Shown here: piece by piece, positions 50,511 through 59,420 of the stretch
Layout: every line of letters begins with the position of its first letter
Position numbering within the stretch: position 1 is the first letter of the stretch
Virus record (IMG/VR): IMGVR_UViG_3300000756_000009
Location: 17,465 to 81,464 of that record
Reading direction: 5' to 3' (one strand)
DNA length: 64,000 bases
DNA from: a virus
Lineage: Duplodnaviria > Caudoviricetes
Notes under the pieces: generated by a model
What the model was told of the DNA's origin: nothing
What the model saw: the letters and a program-made list of their open reading frames with translations, nothing else
Databases searched by the model: none
Translations under genes and position numbers: made by a program

Positions 50511-50532
50511 GTTTTTTTTCTATTAATTTAAT

Positions 50533-50919
50533 TTATAATTCTGCATCAAATGTGCAAGATCCTGTTTCTTTTATGCAATCTAATATTTTTCTCCCTAGTA
50601 CATAATCATAGTATTCTGAAAGTTGATTATCTGTTAATTCAGGTAAACTGCCTTCTTGAATGTATGAATCAAAAGATAACGGAGCATCATCTTGTGTTTT
50701 ATATAGATCAAAATATGTTTTTAATGCTGTTTTATGTTCACCAAAAGCATCTTCAATATTTTTTAATTCTTCTTGTAATTTTTCTAAATCATCTTCATTA
50801 TAATAATACTCTATAAAATTTGGTGTTTGACCTATTACACCAAATCTATCTGCAGCATTACTACTTTGAACACCAAAAGCAAATTTACCCTCTATATCTC
50901 CTGTATAATATCTTCCCAT
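50533..50919 (-). CDS. Hypothetical protein
   Basis: 128 aa, MGRYYTGDIEGKFAFGVQSS, acidic. Confidence 0.8.
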   Translation of the reverse strand: MGRYYTGDIEGKFAFGVQSSNAADRFGVIGQTPNFIEYYYNEDDLEKLQEELKNIEDAFGEHKTALKTYFDLYKTQDDAPLSFDSYIQEGSLPELTDNQLSEYYDYVLGRKILDCIKETGSCTFDAEL

Positions 50920-50921
50920 AA

Positions 50922-52082
50922 TTAATTTAGTTTAATAACTTTACCTGGAAGTTCATCATTCATTGTGGAAATACTACTCAATACCCATAAGGCATTTTTT
51001 GGACAACCTGATGGAGCATATGCTTCACCATCTGTTAGATATATTAGTGCTGTATAACACTTCTTTTCATTATAATGGTCAATTACAGGTTGGAAACTTG
51101 TTCCACCTCTACCATGTATAGCCCAATCTTTTTTTGGATTAAACTCTTCTACAGAATTAAGTTTTGTATCACACTGAGCTACTGTAATCTTGTGGCCCGT
51201 TTTGTTCATGTGATATAATTCATTGTAAAATTCTTTAAGCTCTGATGTATTTACAGATCCAGATGTGTCAATACCAACAAGAATATGATTTTTAAATTTA
51301 ATCTTTAGTCCTGGGTTTTCAGCATATCTTTTATTGTATTTACGTCTCAGCTTTTTAGTATATACTACAGATGAATTTCCAACAAATCTTCTTAAGTAAG
51401 CTTTCCAATCAAATTTAGCTGGCTCAACATGAAATAACTTTGCAATTAATTCACTCAACTCACCCGGAACAGTTCCCTGTTTCTTTTGAGTTTGTTCAGC
51501 AGCTTCTTTCAACTGATGGTCTATTTGTTTTTGAACAAGTTTTTTATCAGCTTCAGATAATTCATCAAATTCTTTCCATGTACTATGGCAATACTCTGAT
51601 TCACCATCCATTTGATCCATTAATGAATCTAATGAAGGAGATGTTCCATCTTTTTTGGCCTGTTCTAATAAATCATAATAGACTTTTGTTCCTGCTTTGA
51701 TAGGAAGATTTAATTCAGGAAAACTACTTAATAATAATCCACCGTCTGGTAGCATGTTTGAACTAATGTATTGATTGATCTCTAGATCTGCAGCTATATT
51801 AAATAACTTGTGATCAGAATACAAATCTCTCAATAACAAATGCCCAAATGCTATATGCAACAATTCATGCTTAATCAATCCAACTCTATGTAATTCACTT
51901 AACTCAGTGAAAAAATTAGGGTTAATTGTTAACTGCATACCAATTCCGTGTTTGCTTACACCTGCTGTAGGTATACGGTCACTGAATTGTTTGTTAATAC
52001 CAATTAAAAAAAGCCCATAAAAGGGCTCATCTAAAATTAAAGTTTTGGTGGTTCTTGCAACACCATCTTGTATATTTATCAT
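50922..52082 (-). CDS. Metallopeptidase-VWA protein (DUF2201-like)
   Basis: HELLH zincin motif, FNIAADLEIN, and a C-terminal VWA domain with DTSGS (MIDAS), GRGGT and LTDG. Confidence 0.85.
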   Translation of the reverse strand: MINIQDGVARTTKTLILDEPFYGLFLIGINKQFSDRIPTAGVSKHGIGMQLTINPNFFTELSELHRVGLIKHELLHIAFGHLLLRDLYSDHKLFNIAADLEINQYISSNMLPDGGLLLSSFPELNLPIKAGTKVYYDLLEQAKKDGTSPSLDSLMDQMDGESEYCHSTWKEFDELSEADKKLVQKQIDHQLKEAAEQTQKKQGTVPGELSELIAKLFHVEPAKFDWKAYLRRFVGNSSVVYTKKLRRKYNKRYAENPGLKIKFKNHILVGIDTSGSVNTSELKEFYNELYHMNKTGHKITVAQCDTKLNSVEEFNPKKDWAIHGRGGTSFQPVIDHYNEKKCYTALIYLTDGEAYAPSGCPKNALWVLSSISTMNDELPGKVIKLN

Positions 52083-52381
52083 TTTTGTGGGTATAATATT
52101 TTTAATAATATTTTTTTGTAAATAACATAGTCTCCAACTTCTTTTACTGCTGAGTTAATGTTTTTACTTAGTAACTCTTCAGATATATAACTTTTACCAA
52201 TAGCTTTAATAAAACGCAATCTTTTATCAAACAACAGTGATTTAGTAAATAATAAATTTAAAATACCTCTGTCATCAAAATCTAAGTTTTTGTAATTTTC
52301 TAAAGCTAATTGAAAGTCTTCCTCTAGACCCATAAACATTTCACGTAATGAAAAGAACTCTTTAATTGTTATTCTTGCCAT
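52079..52381 (-). CDS. Small protein sharing a helical motif with the AAA-associated paralogs
   Basis: 100 aa containing ITIKEFFSLREMFMGLEEDFQLALENYKN. Confidence 0.7.
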   Translation of the reverse strand: MARITIKEFFSLREMFMGLEEDFQLALENYKNLDFDDRGILNLLFTKSLLFDKRLRFIKAIGKSYISEELLSKNINSAVKEVGDYVIYKKILLKILYPQK

Positions 52382-52745
52382 CTGGTAAAATTTCTATAAT
52401 TACTCCAGGATTAACTTTGTCATATTTGTATTCTACAAATACAGGTAAGATACAATCAGCATTATCATCTTCAATCCAACCAAATGTAACCATATCATCT
52501 TGCACTGTCTGTGCGGGATTAATATAATCAAACTTGTGTTTGCTTCCTCTGATAAATGTAAATTGGATACTTACGGGTTGTTGATGTTTGGCCAACTCAG
52601 CTTTAAACTCTTCTGCATACTGTGCATAATAATCTTTAGCTGTTTTTCTATAATTTACAACAGTTTTACTTGCTATAAAATACTTACCAGTCCATCTTCT
52701 ACCATTTTTACTACTTGGGACTGAGCCCGGTATGAACCATTTCAT
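52362..52745 (-). CDS. RusA-like Holliday junction resolvase
   Basis: GSVPSSKN, FDYIN..Q...DDM...GWIEDDNAD. Confidence 0.75.
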   Translation of the reverse strand: MKWFIPGSVPSSKNGRRWTGKYFIASKTVVNYRKTAKDYYAQYAEEFKAELAKHQQPVSIQFTFIRGSKHKFDYINPAQTVQDDMVTFGWIEDDNADCILPVFVEYKYDKVNPGVIIEILPDGKNNN

Positions 52746-52749
52746 TTTT

Positions 52750-53724
52750 TTATTTGTTTAAAATTTCTTTAAGTAAAGGTTTTAGTGTTTGATGTACAAT
52801 ATCAAAACCATGTTCACGCATAGAATCACTGATATCTTTAGATAAAGGCAATGCAAAACCATCTAGATTATATAAGGTTTTATACTTATTAATTGCTAGA
52901 CTGCCTGCAGTATCATTATCAAAGAATGTAATCACTTTTTTATATTTCTTTTTTAGGTGCTCTACAACATGAGGTTTAATTATTGTATTCTCACTGTCTG
53001 GTGCTAATACTTCAATGTTATAACCAATACTTTTAAGACATAAGGCATCTTTTAATGATGAACAAATTACTAAATAAGGTTCAGTATAAGTTAATTGATC
53101 AAATCCTTGAAGATATGGTTTTACTTTATGAAATTTATGTTTACTTAATGGTTGATATATTTTATACAACTCATCATTTTTATCAAAATATCCATAAATA
53201 GAATGACCTTCAATCTTTAATTTTTTTACTTCACCTTCTTCTTCTTTTATTAAGTTGTAATACTCAATTGGTTTTACATTATATTCTTTTAATAGATTAG
53301 AACCTATTCTAAAGTTTAACCAATATTTACCATCATTTTCTGTCCATTGTCTTGTATTAACAAAATCAATTTGCCATTTTGCCTGAACTTTAAAAGACAC
53401 CTGTTCAAAATCATTTGTTTTAACATAACTATTATAATCCTCTACTATTTTTCTAACGGCATCTGCATATTGCAAATCAAACATAAGTTTAACTAAGTCA
53501 ATTTTATTACCATTTTTACCAGTTGAAAAGTCCTTAAATTTATATACGTTCATAGATTTATCTACATATACGCAAAAACTAGGAGTTTTATCATTAGGGT
53601 TAAAGATTGATTTAATCTTCACATCTTGACCTGTTAAGGGTTCTGATAAGTTTAAATAATATTGGAATACCCAATAGCTTGGAACGTCTGTTTCTTCTAA
53701 TACTAAATTTTTTGTGTTAAACAT
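52750..53724 (-). CDS. DNA primase (DnaG/TOPRIM type, crAss-like)
   Basis: N-terminal SIFNPNDKTPSF..FKDFSTG, and TOPRIM VICSSLKDALCL...FFDND.AG. Confidence 0.75.
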   Translation of the reverse strand: MFNTKNLVLEETDVPSYWVFQYYLNLSEPLTGQDVKIKSIFNPNDKTPSFCVYVDKSMNVYKFKDFSTGKNGNKIDLVKLMFDLQYADAVRKIVEDYNSYVKTNDFEQVSFKVQAKWQIDFVNTRQWTENDGKYWLNFRIGSNLLKEYNVKPIEYYNLIKEEEGEVKKLKIEGHSIYGYFDKNDELYKIYQPLSKHKFHKVKPYLQGFDQLTYTEPYLVICSSLKDALCLKSIGYNIEVLAPDSENTIIKPHVVEHLKKKYKKVITFFDNDTAGSLAINKYKTLYNLDGFALPLSKDISDSMREHGFDIVHQTLKPLLKEILNK

Positions 53725-53735
53725 ATTAAGAATGT

Positions 53736-53772
53736 AAATAAAAATGGGACTGACCTGTTACAGTCAGCCCCA
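53736..53772 (-). terminator. Intrinsic terminator
   Basis: On the - strand, GGGCTGAC-TGTAACAG-GTCAGTCCC followed by ATTTTTATTT. Confidence 0.75.
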
Positions 53773-53787
53773 CAGTTACGTTAGTTA

Positions 53788-54465
53788 TTATAAATCAAAA
53801 TCATCACCAGAAGAAGTTGAACTAGGTTCAAATTTATCTGTTGCTGGAGAATTTTTCTTCTCTATTTTTCTAAGATGATTAGGATTATTGCTATCAAAAA
53901 CCAATAATTTTGATTTTTCAACATTCAATGCTTCCACAGGTACACCTTCTTTACTAAGTTTAGGTAAATACAAATCATTGTTTACATAACCTTCAGTGTT
54001 TTCCCACTCACGTGCACCAAGACATACGTTTACATATGTTGGACCTGATAATAATTTATCACATTTCAACATCCAATCTTCAATTGTGCTAGCTTGAATA
54101 GCATCTAATCCAGCTCTTTTATCTAAAGCTTCTGCTAAAAATATCATTGCTTTCATAACTTCAGTATCTCTACTGATTTCTTTTCCACTTGGTAATGTAG
54201 TGTCTTTGTATGGATAAGGAGAATATCTAACTCTTCCCACCTGGCCTTCATAACGAGCACCATCTGGTTTGTTCATATCCTTCAAAAATCCTTGAAAATC
54301 ACCCGTTATAGGTTCTGTTTCTACATGCAGCATAATGTTGTATGCATTTGCATCATAAGGAGTTTTATCAAAACTGATTGAATTGATTTTTACTTTGTGA
54401 TTTCCTGTTCCAATTACTGGTTTTTCTTTGCCTGAAGAGGCTGACATGTCTTTAGTACTTAACAT
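53788..54465 (-). CDS. Putative single-stranded DNA-binding protein
   Basis: Beta-rich 225 aa with an acidic/aromatic C-terminal tail (SSGDDFDL), located between the Sak4-like ATPase and primase. Confidence 0.6.
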   Translation of the reverse strand: MLSTKDMSASSGKEKPVIGTGNHKVKINSISFDKTPYDANAYNIMLHVETEPITGDFQGFLKDMNKPDGARYEGQVGRVRYSPYPYKDTTLPSGKEISRDTEVMKAMIFLAEALDKRAGLDAIQASTIEDWMLKCDKLLSGPTYVNVCLGAREWENTEGYVNNDLYLPKLSKEGVPVEALNVEKSKLLVFDSNNPNHLRKIEKKNSPATDKFEPSSTSSGDDFDL

Positions 54466-54500
54466 AATTGCTTTTTTTTTAATTAATTGATTTTTGTTTA

Positions 54501-55184
54501 TTATTCTTCATATTTTTTGATGCAATCTTTTACAAATTGCAGGTTGTTTGGGATGAAGTTTTCCTCAAACATTCCTTGGGGTGATTTACATGTGTTCTCT
54601 CCGTTGTTTTGTGTTTCAAAACCATAGATAAGTTCACCATCATCATTTTTGCTAACTTTGCCAAATAAAACAATAGAAAACAGGCCTTCCAAAGTTAATG
54701 CATTATCAATCATTTTACCAATTGTTTTTGCCTTAATTTTTCTATTCCCGTTAATATCAGTTGCATCTTCTGAGTGAGTCAAAAAGAATACAGTTAGATC
54801 ATCTCTCAAATCTTTAGGTAGTTTAGCTACTTGAGCTAAGTTTGCTGCAATCTGAGTAAATTTCTCATAACCTTTTTCATTTGCTCTATCAAAATATTCA
54901 AAAGAACTCATATACTGCCAATCATCTACAACTAGTGTTTTGATGTGTGGCATTTTTTCATTAACATGTAAGATAGCTTTAATTACTCCTGCTGCAGAAG
55001 ATGATGATGCTAAATTACCTTTTGGATTTTCTTTTGAAATTGATGCATACATTCCTTTCCATCCTTTAAATGGTAGTGGTTTGTTTGCAATGTTAATTAC
55101 AAAAGTTTCATCAGGATTTAGATGTCTGATTGATGTTGATTTGCCTGTACCTGAGTCAGCAATGATTAATACACTTTGTGCCAT
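54501..55184 (-). CDS. AAA_24/Sak4-like recombination ATPase
   Basis: IIADSGTGKST, LVVDDWQY, FLTH, EGLFSIVL and TCKSP. Confidence 0.8.
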   Translation of the reverse strand: MAQSVLIIADSGTGKSTSIRHLNPDETFVINIANKPLPFKGWKGMYASISKENPKGNLASSSSAAGVIKAILHVNEKMPHIKTLVVDDWQYMSSFEYFDRANEKGYEKFTQIAANLAQVAKLPKDLRDDLTVFFLTHSEDATDINGNRKIKAKTIGKMIDNALTLEGLFSIVLFGKVSKNDDGELIYGFETQNNGENTCKSPQGMFEENFIPNNLQFVKDCIKKYEE

Positions 55185-55186
55185 AT

Positions 55187-55696
55187 TTATTTTTTATTAA
55201 GAATACTATTTAATGTTAATTGAATTGACTTAAGTGATTTATTGATTTCAACTAAGGCTTCAACTAAACCTGGTGCTTCTTTCTTATCTGGATCTGGTAG
55301 ATCTGGATTAGCAAAGTCATGGATTAATTTACCTCTACTTGTTACATCATTTAGAATCTTCAATTCATTAACTGGAATTATGTGTCTAACAAATCCAGTG
55401 CTTGATTCAACTAATTCATACTCTTCTTTCCAATGAGGATTGTGTTTATGAAGGTACAAAGTTCTTTTTGGATCCTCTGTATCATAATTTATACTTACAA
55501 ATTCAGTATAAATATCTTCATTCTTTTCAAATTCACTTGGAAAGAAACTAACATATAGTTCATCTTTTCCAGTTGGCCTGTATGCCATCTTAGGGATATA
55601 TAATGCATTAATTATTCCATTGGTTTGGAAGTAATCTTCATGCTCTTCTCTTAAAGCATTTACCTTGGTTTTACGTTCATCCGGTGTTATTGCCAT
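55187..55696 (-). CDS. Hypothetical protein
   Basis: Probable start MAITPDER at 55696 (track start 55732). Confidence 0.7.
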   Translation of the reverse strand: MAITPDERKTKVNALREEHEDYFQTNGIINALYIPKMAYRPTGKDELYVSFFPSEFEKNEDIYTEFVSINYDTEDPKRTLYLHKHNPHWKEEYELVESSTGFVRHIIPVNELKILNDVTSRGKLIHDFANPDLPDPDKKEAPGLVEALVEINKSLKSIQLTLNSILNKK

Positions 55697-55750
55697 TTCT
55701 TTTGTTTTGTTTAAGTTTTTAGTACTTATCATTATTTTAAAATCTAACTG

Positions 55751-56707
55751 TTATCTTCTTTCTTGAACTGCCGGTGTAGGCATTTCTTCAATTTGCATTG
55801 ATGCAAACTTAGCTTTGAAAAAACTCATTCTAGTATCACCATTCCTTGCTTTAAGAAAGTGTAGTACTATAGTTTTGTCATCTTCAATGATATATCTATC
55901 TGGGCCATAAAATCTAATCTTTTGTTTTGCTGGTCTGTTGATACCAATTAAAGTATCAGCATGCTGTAGCATTGCATCTGAACCAAATATGTCTGACTCA
56001 AGAATGTAGTTACCATACTTACCGTCTATTGCTCTTTCAGGATTATCAATATTCCTATTAAGTTGTGATAAAGCAATAAATAAACAAGGATAGTCACGTT
56101 TACATTGTGTAAAGAACTCACCCAATTCAAATAACATATCTAATGTATTGTTTTGGTAAGGTGCTCTTTTTACCAACATGGTGTGATCCAAAGTAATTAT
56201 TGTTTTTGTTCCCTTGTGTTGATTCATGTACATATCAATTTGCTCACGCATTTGATTTACAGTCATAGGAGTACTAACAATATCTACAGGATGTTTCACT
56301 CTTTCTTTAGCATATTGATGACAAGTATTAAGTGTTTCAGCAGTAATTAAACTTCCTGCACTACATAACTCTTTATAAGTTTTGCCGGTGACTGATGAAA
56401 ATTCTCTAATTGCTGAGGTTCTACCAACCATCTCATACTGAAACTCTAATACTCTAAATGAATCATTAGGATTCAATGCAAAAGACTCTCTAACAATTTG
56501 ATCTTTGATTAATGTTTTACCTGAACCGGGTCTTCCACCAATAACCGTTAATGTATTCCACTCTAAACCATCAGTTGTAGCATCATTGAATTTTGGCCAT
56601 GGTGTATATATAGACTTCTCCTCACCGGTTTGTCTCTTGTACATATATTTTAATGCTTCATTAAAGGCAGCATATTGACCTATCCATGATTCTGTTGGTT
56701 TACTCAT
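55751..56707 (-). CDS. DnaB-like replicative helicase (C-terminal RecA domain only)
   Basis: GGRPGSGKT, EM, LDH, LSQLNR, SD...QHAD and KARNG motifs. Confidence 0.9.
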   Translation of the reverse strand: MSKPTESWIGQYAAFNEALKYMYKRQTGEEKSIYTPWPKFNDATTDGLEWNTLTVIGGRPGSGKTLIKDQIVRESFALNPNDSFRVLEFQYEMVGRTSAIREFSSVTGKTYKELCSAGSLITAETLNTCHQYAKERVKHPVDIVSTPMTVNQMREQIDMYMNQHKGTKTIITLDHTMLVKRAPYQNNTLDMLFELGEFFTQCKRDYPCLFIALSQLNRNIDNPERAIDGKYGNYILESDIFGSDAMLQHADTLIGINRPAKQKIRFYGPDRYIIEDDKTIVLHFLKARNGDTRMSFFKAKFASMQIEEMPTPAVQERR

Positions 56708-56709
56708 AG

Positions 56710-56892
56710 TTATTTTTTAGTATTAATTAAATAGTTAATATCATTCCAACATAAATCAATTTCATTTTGTTCAGATGCACCTTCTTGAATTTCATCAAGA
56801 CATAGTTCTAATAATTCTTCAACTTTATCTGAATGATTTGGATGTTGTTTAATTACTTCATTTGCAAAAGCTTCTAATTCTTGATATGTCAT
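56710..56892 (-). CDS. Small acidic hypothetical protein
   Basis: 60 aa, coupled to its neighbours. Confidence 0.65.
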   Translation of the reverse strand: MTYQELEAFANEVIKQHPNHSDKVEELLELCLDEIQEGASEQNEIDLCWNDINYLINTKK

Positions 56893-57194
56893 TGGTTACC
56901 TCCTTCTACCATTTTGTTGGGTTCAACAATATGCTCTTGTACCATTCCGCTAATGTGGTTTTTGATGTACCAGTCTATCATTTCCAATGCCCGTTTATAA
57001 CCTTCTGAATAACCATCAGCATAACTCATTTCCTTTCCCGCAATTTCCATTTCTTTGGCTTGTACTTTCAATTCCATATAATCAGATGTATCAATGTTTA
57101 ATTGAATGTTTCTAATTGATGGAGTTTCTCGCAAATCTCCCTTGTATTCAAGTTCTTCAATGAACCACTCCATTGCCGATTTATTGTTTGTCAT
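56889..57194 (-). CDS. Hypothetical protein with a canonical Shine-Dalgarno site
   Basis: 101 aa. GGAGGAG lies 7 nt upstream of the ATG, and the codons look GC-richer than in neighbouring genes. Confidence 0.7.
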   Translation of the reverse strand: MTNNKSAMEWFIEELEYKGDLRETPSIRNIQLNIDTSDYMELKVQAKEMEIAGKEMSYADGYSEGYKRALEMIDWYIKNHISGMVQEHIVEPNKMVEGGNQ

Positions 57195-57226
57195 TGTTCA
57201 TCTCCTCCGTAGGTTTTTATTGATTG

Positions 57227-57817
57227 TCATATTACATTTTCTTTAAAGTGTTTAGACTCTGTTTCTACACCATCTCTAATCATATCACAATAATCTGCTA
57301 GTGTAGAGGATTTTACTTTGTGCTTATCTTGTTTGCATATAAAATACTGACTGGTTTGCATATACATGTATTGTGCATCACGGTATTCATTTACATACAT
57401 CTTAGTAGCTTTTATAATTTGTTCCCAAGTATAATTATATGTTTCAAATAACCATCTGAATGATTCAGACAACATTTTTACATTAACTCTGGCTGGTCTG
57501 CCACTGGGGAGTTTTATATTAGGGAACACTTCTCTATAAGTATTTATCTTATCAACAAAGTCTTGGCCCATTAACTGAGCGTCTGTTTTTTTCTTTGCTT
57601 TGGTAAAATAATTATCTAAATGTACTATCAAGCTTTTGGCTTCAGCACTCATTGTATATTTACCATTATCCAAGATTAAAAAGCCTAATTTTTCTAAGGC
57701 TAATTTATCATCATTTGTAATTTGCGGCAAAGATACTCCTTGCTTTATTCCAAATAATAATAGTACTTGGTTTGGTGTTAAATTGTTTTTCAGCATCATC
57801 TGAAATAGTTCCCACAT
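57227..57817 (-). CDS. Putative replication initiator/helicase loader (wHTH-like N-terminus)
   Basis: 196 aa upstream of DnaB, with an N-terminal helical HTH-like pattern. The call is mainly from context. Confidence 0.4.
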   Translation of the reverse strand: MWELFQMMLKNNLTPNQVLLLFGIKQGVSLPQITNDDKLALEKLGFLILDNGKYTMSAEAKSLIVHLDNYFTKAKKKTDAQLMGQDFVDKINTYREVFPNIKLPSGRPARVNVKMLSESFRWLFETYNYTWEQIIKATKMYVNEYRDAQYMYMQTSQYFICKQDKHKVKSSTLADYCDMIRDGVETESKHFKENVI

Positions 57818-57894
57818 ATTCTTTTGTTTTTTATTATAAGTGATTGATAATCAGATACGTGATTTAAAAGTTGGACAACAAAAATAAACAAAAT

Positions 57895-58569
57895 TTACCA
57901 ATTAATCAAAGGTTTATCTTGTTTTTTTAGTTCTAAATTCACTTTATTGAACACATCATTATGGTCCCATTCACCACCTTTGTATGCAGCTGATGCTGGG
58001 TGTGAACATTTAAGTATTTTACAATCAGGTATTAAGGTTTCCCATTCCTCAGCTTTTTTTCCCATTAACACAAACACTGTGTTTTTCTTGTGTTTGTTAA
58101 TATTACTAAATATGTAATTTGTAAATGGTTTCCATAATGTATAGTGTGAACCAATCTTATTAACTTCAACAGTAAATGCTGTATTAATAAGTAATACTCC
58201 CTGATTAGCCCAATATCTAAGATCTGTATGATCTGTACCTATGGCTTTGTTTATATATTGTAAAGACTTTTCTGCTGTTCCTTTTTTAGAACAACTAAAG
58301 GCTAAACCATCTGCTGATCCTAACTGTGGATATGGATCTTGTCCCACTATAACAACTTTAACGTTATCATATGTGCACTCTTTAAATGCATTAAATACAT
58401 CTTTGAATGGCGGGGTAAATCTTAGACCATTGCTAACAGCTGTTTCTAGAAAATTAAATACATCTTCAAATGACTTGCTGTCTACAAAAGGATTAAGTAT
58501 TGCATCCCATCCTGATGTTTCTGAATCAGTTTTTATTTGATTTTTAAATTTATTTATATTTGATTCCAT
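57895..58569 (-). CDS. ung: Uracil-DNA glycosylase (family 1)
   Basis: VVIVGQDPYP, GLAFS, QGVLLIN, FTVE...H, and HPAS motifs. Probable start MESNINKF at 58569. Confidence 0.92.
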   Translation of the reverse strand: MESNINKFKNQIKTDSETSGWDAILNPFVDSKSFEDVFNFLETAVSNGLRFTPPFKDVFNAFKECTYDNVKVVIVGQDPYPQLGSADGLAFSCSKKGTAEKSLQYINKAIGTDHTDLRYWANQGVLLINTAFTVEVNKIGSHYTLWKPFTNYIFSNINKHKKNTVFVLMGKKAEEWETLIPDCKILKCSHPASAAYKGGEWDHNDVFNKVNLELKKQDKPLINW

Positions 58570-58583
58570 TTTATTTGGTTTAA

Positions 58584-58595
58584 TTTGTATATTTG
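58584..58595 (+). promoter_or_regulatory. Bacteroidota-type -7 element (TTTG)TATATTTG
   Basis: Lies in the 44-bp divergent gap, 18 nt before the ATG at 58614. Confidence 0.55.
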
Positions 58596-58613
58596 TCAAT
58601 AAATACATTTAAT

Positions 58614-59036
58614 ATGAGTGAAGAAAATAAACTACAAACATTTGATACATATGACTTTAAAGATACCATTAAAGATATATCAGTATCAACGGCCTATATT
58701 CCAGGTCTTCAAAGAATCATAACAGATATGTTTCTTAATTATTCAGAAGGTACTGAAAAATTACCTGATTTGTTTAAAAAGTTTGAACAAAATCTTGGTA
58801 AAAATCAAGAAGATAAAACTGCTTTAGATCTTACTAAAGAACAAGCTGATATCTATACTTTATTTTCACTTCTTCAGTTGTTTAAGTATAATGCAAATCA
58901 ACAAGGTTTAGCTAAAAAGACTGAAACTACAGCTACTGTTGAAGAGTTAAAAGAACTTGCAACAATGATGTCTAAACAACAAGATGTAACTGAAAAGTTA
59001 AAAGAGTTGCAATCTAAAATGAAAATTGTAAATTAA
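58614..59036 (+). CDS. Lone + strand helical hypothetical protein
   Basis: Probable start MSEENKL at 58614. Its stop abuts the stop of the convergent gene at 59037. Confidence 0.8.
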   Translation: MSEENKLQTFDTYDFKDTIKDISVSTAYIPGLQRIITDMFLNYSEGTEKLPDLFKKFEQNLGKNQEDKTALDLTKEQADIYTLFSLLQLFKYNANQQGLAKKTETTATVEELKELATMMSKQQDVTEKLKELQSKMKIVN

Positions 59037-59420
59037 TTATCTTAGTTGCATTCCACTAAAGTCTCCAATTTCTATACATGCTTGTATAGCTAAGTTTAGT
59101 TCATCTTTATCACACTGACCAAAAGACTTGCAGTACTCTTCTTTATTTTTTGTAAAGCAGAGTCCTGCTTTTCTTTTTACTACCAGTTTAGCTTCTTCAA
59201 ATGTATATCCTATTTCTTGAGCTATTTCTCTAATCATTGCATGCAGTCTGGCCAACTGAGGATTACTTCCTTTGTCACCACTTACTCCAATAAATATTTC
59301 TAATTTAGCTCCATCAGGTAAATCATTCAAAAACTTTTGATACTTGTTACCAATAGCTTTCATTGGAAACTCTAATGCACCATTTTTAATAGTACATTGA
59401 ACAAATAAACTGTCCTTCAT
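59037..59420 (-). CDS. NinB/YbcN-like protein
   Basis: SNPQLARLHAMIREIA...G...SF..CDKDEL...IQ pattern. Confidence 0.6.
   Translation of the reverse strand: MKDSLFVQCTIKNGALEFPMKAIGNKYQKFLNDLPDGAKLEIFIGVSGDKGSNPQLARLHAMIREIAQEIGYTFEEAKLVVKRKAGLCFTKNKEEYCKSFGQCDKDELNLAIQACIEIGDFSGMQLR

Noticed and set aside
27544-56707. Introns or inteins in nrdA, polB, primase or DnaB
   Set aside because: All are continuous, of normal or short length, and show no intein-like C...HN boundaries.
57840-57862. Imperfect palindrome GTGATTGATAATCAG between ung and the 196-aa gene
   Set aside because: It is a single short copy in AT-rich DNA, with no integrase or second site in the window to support an att or operator role.
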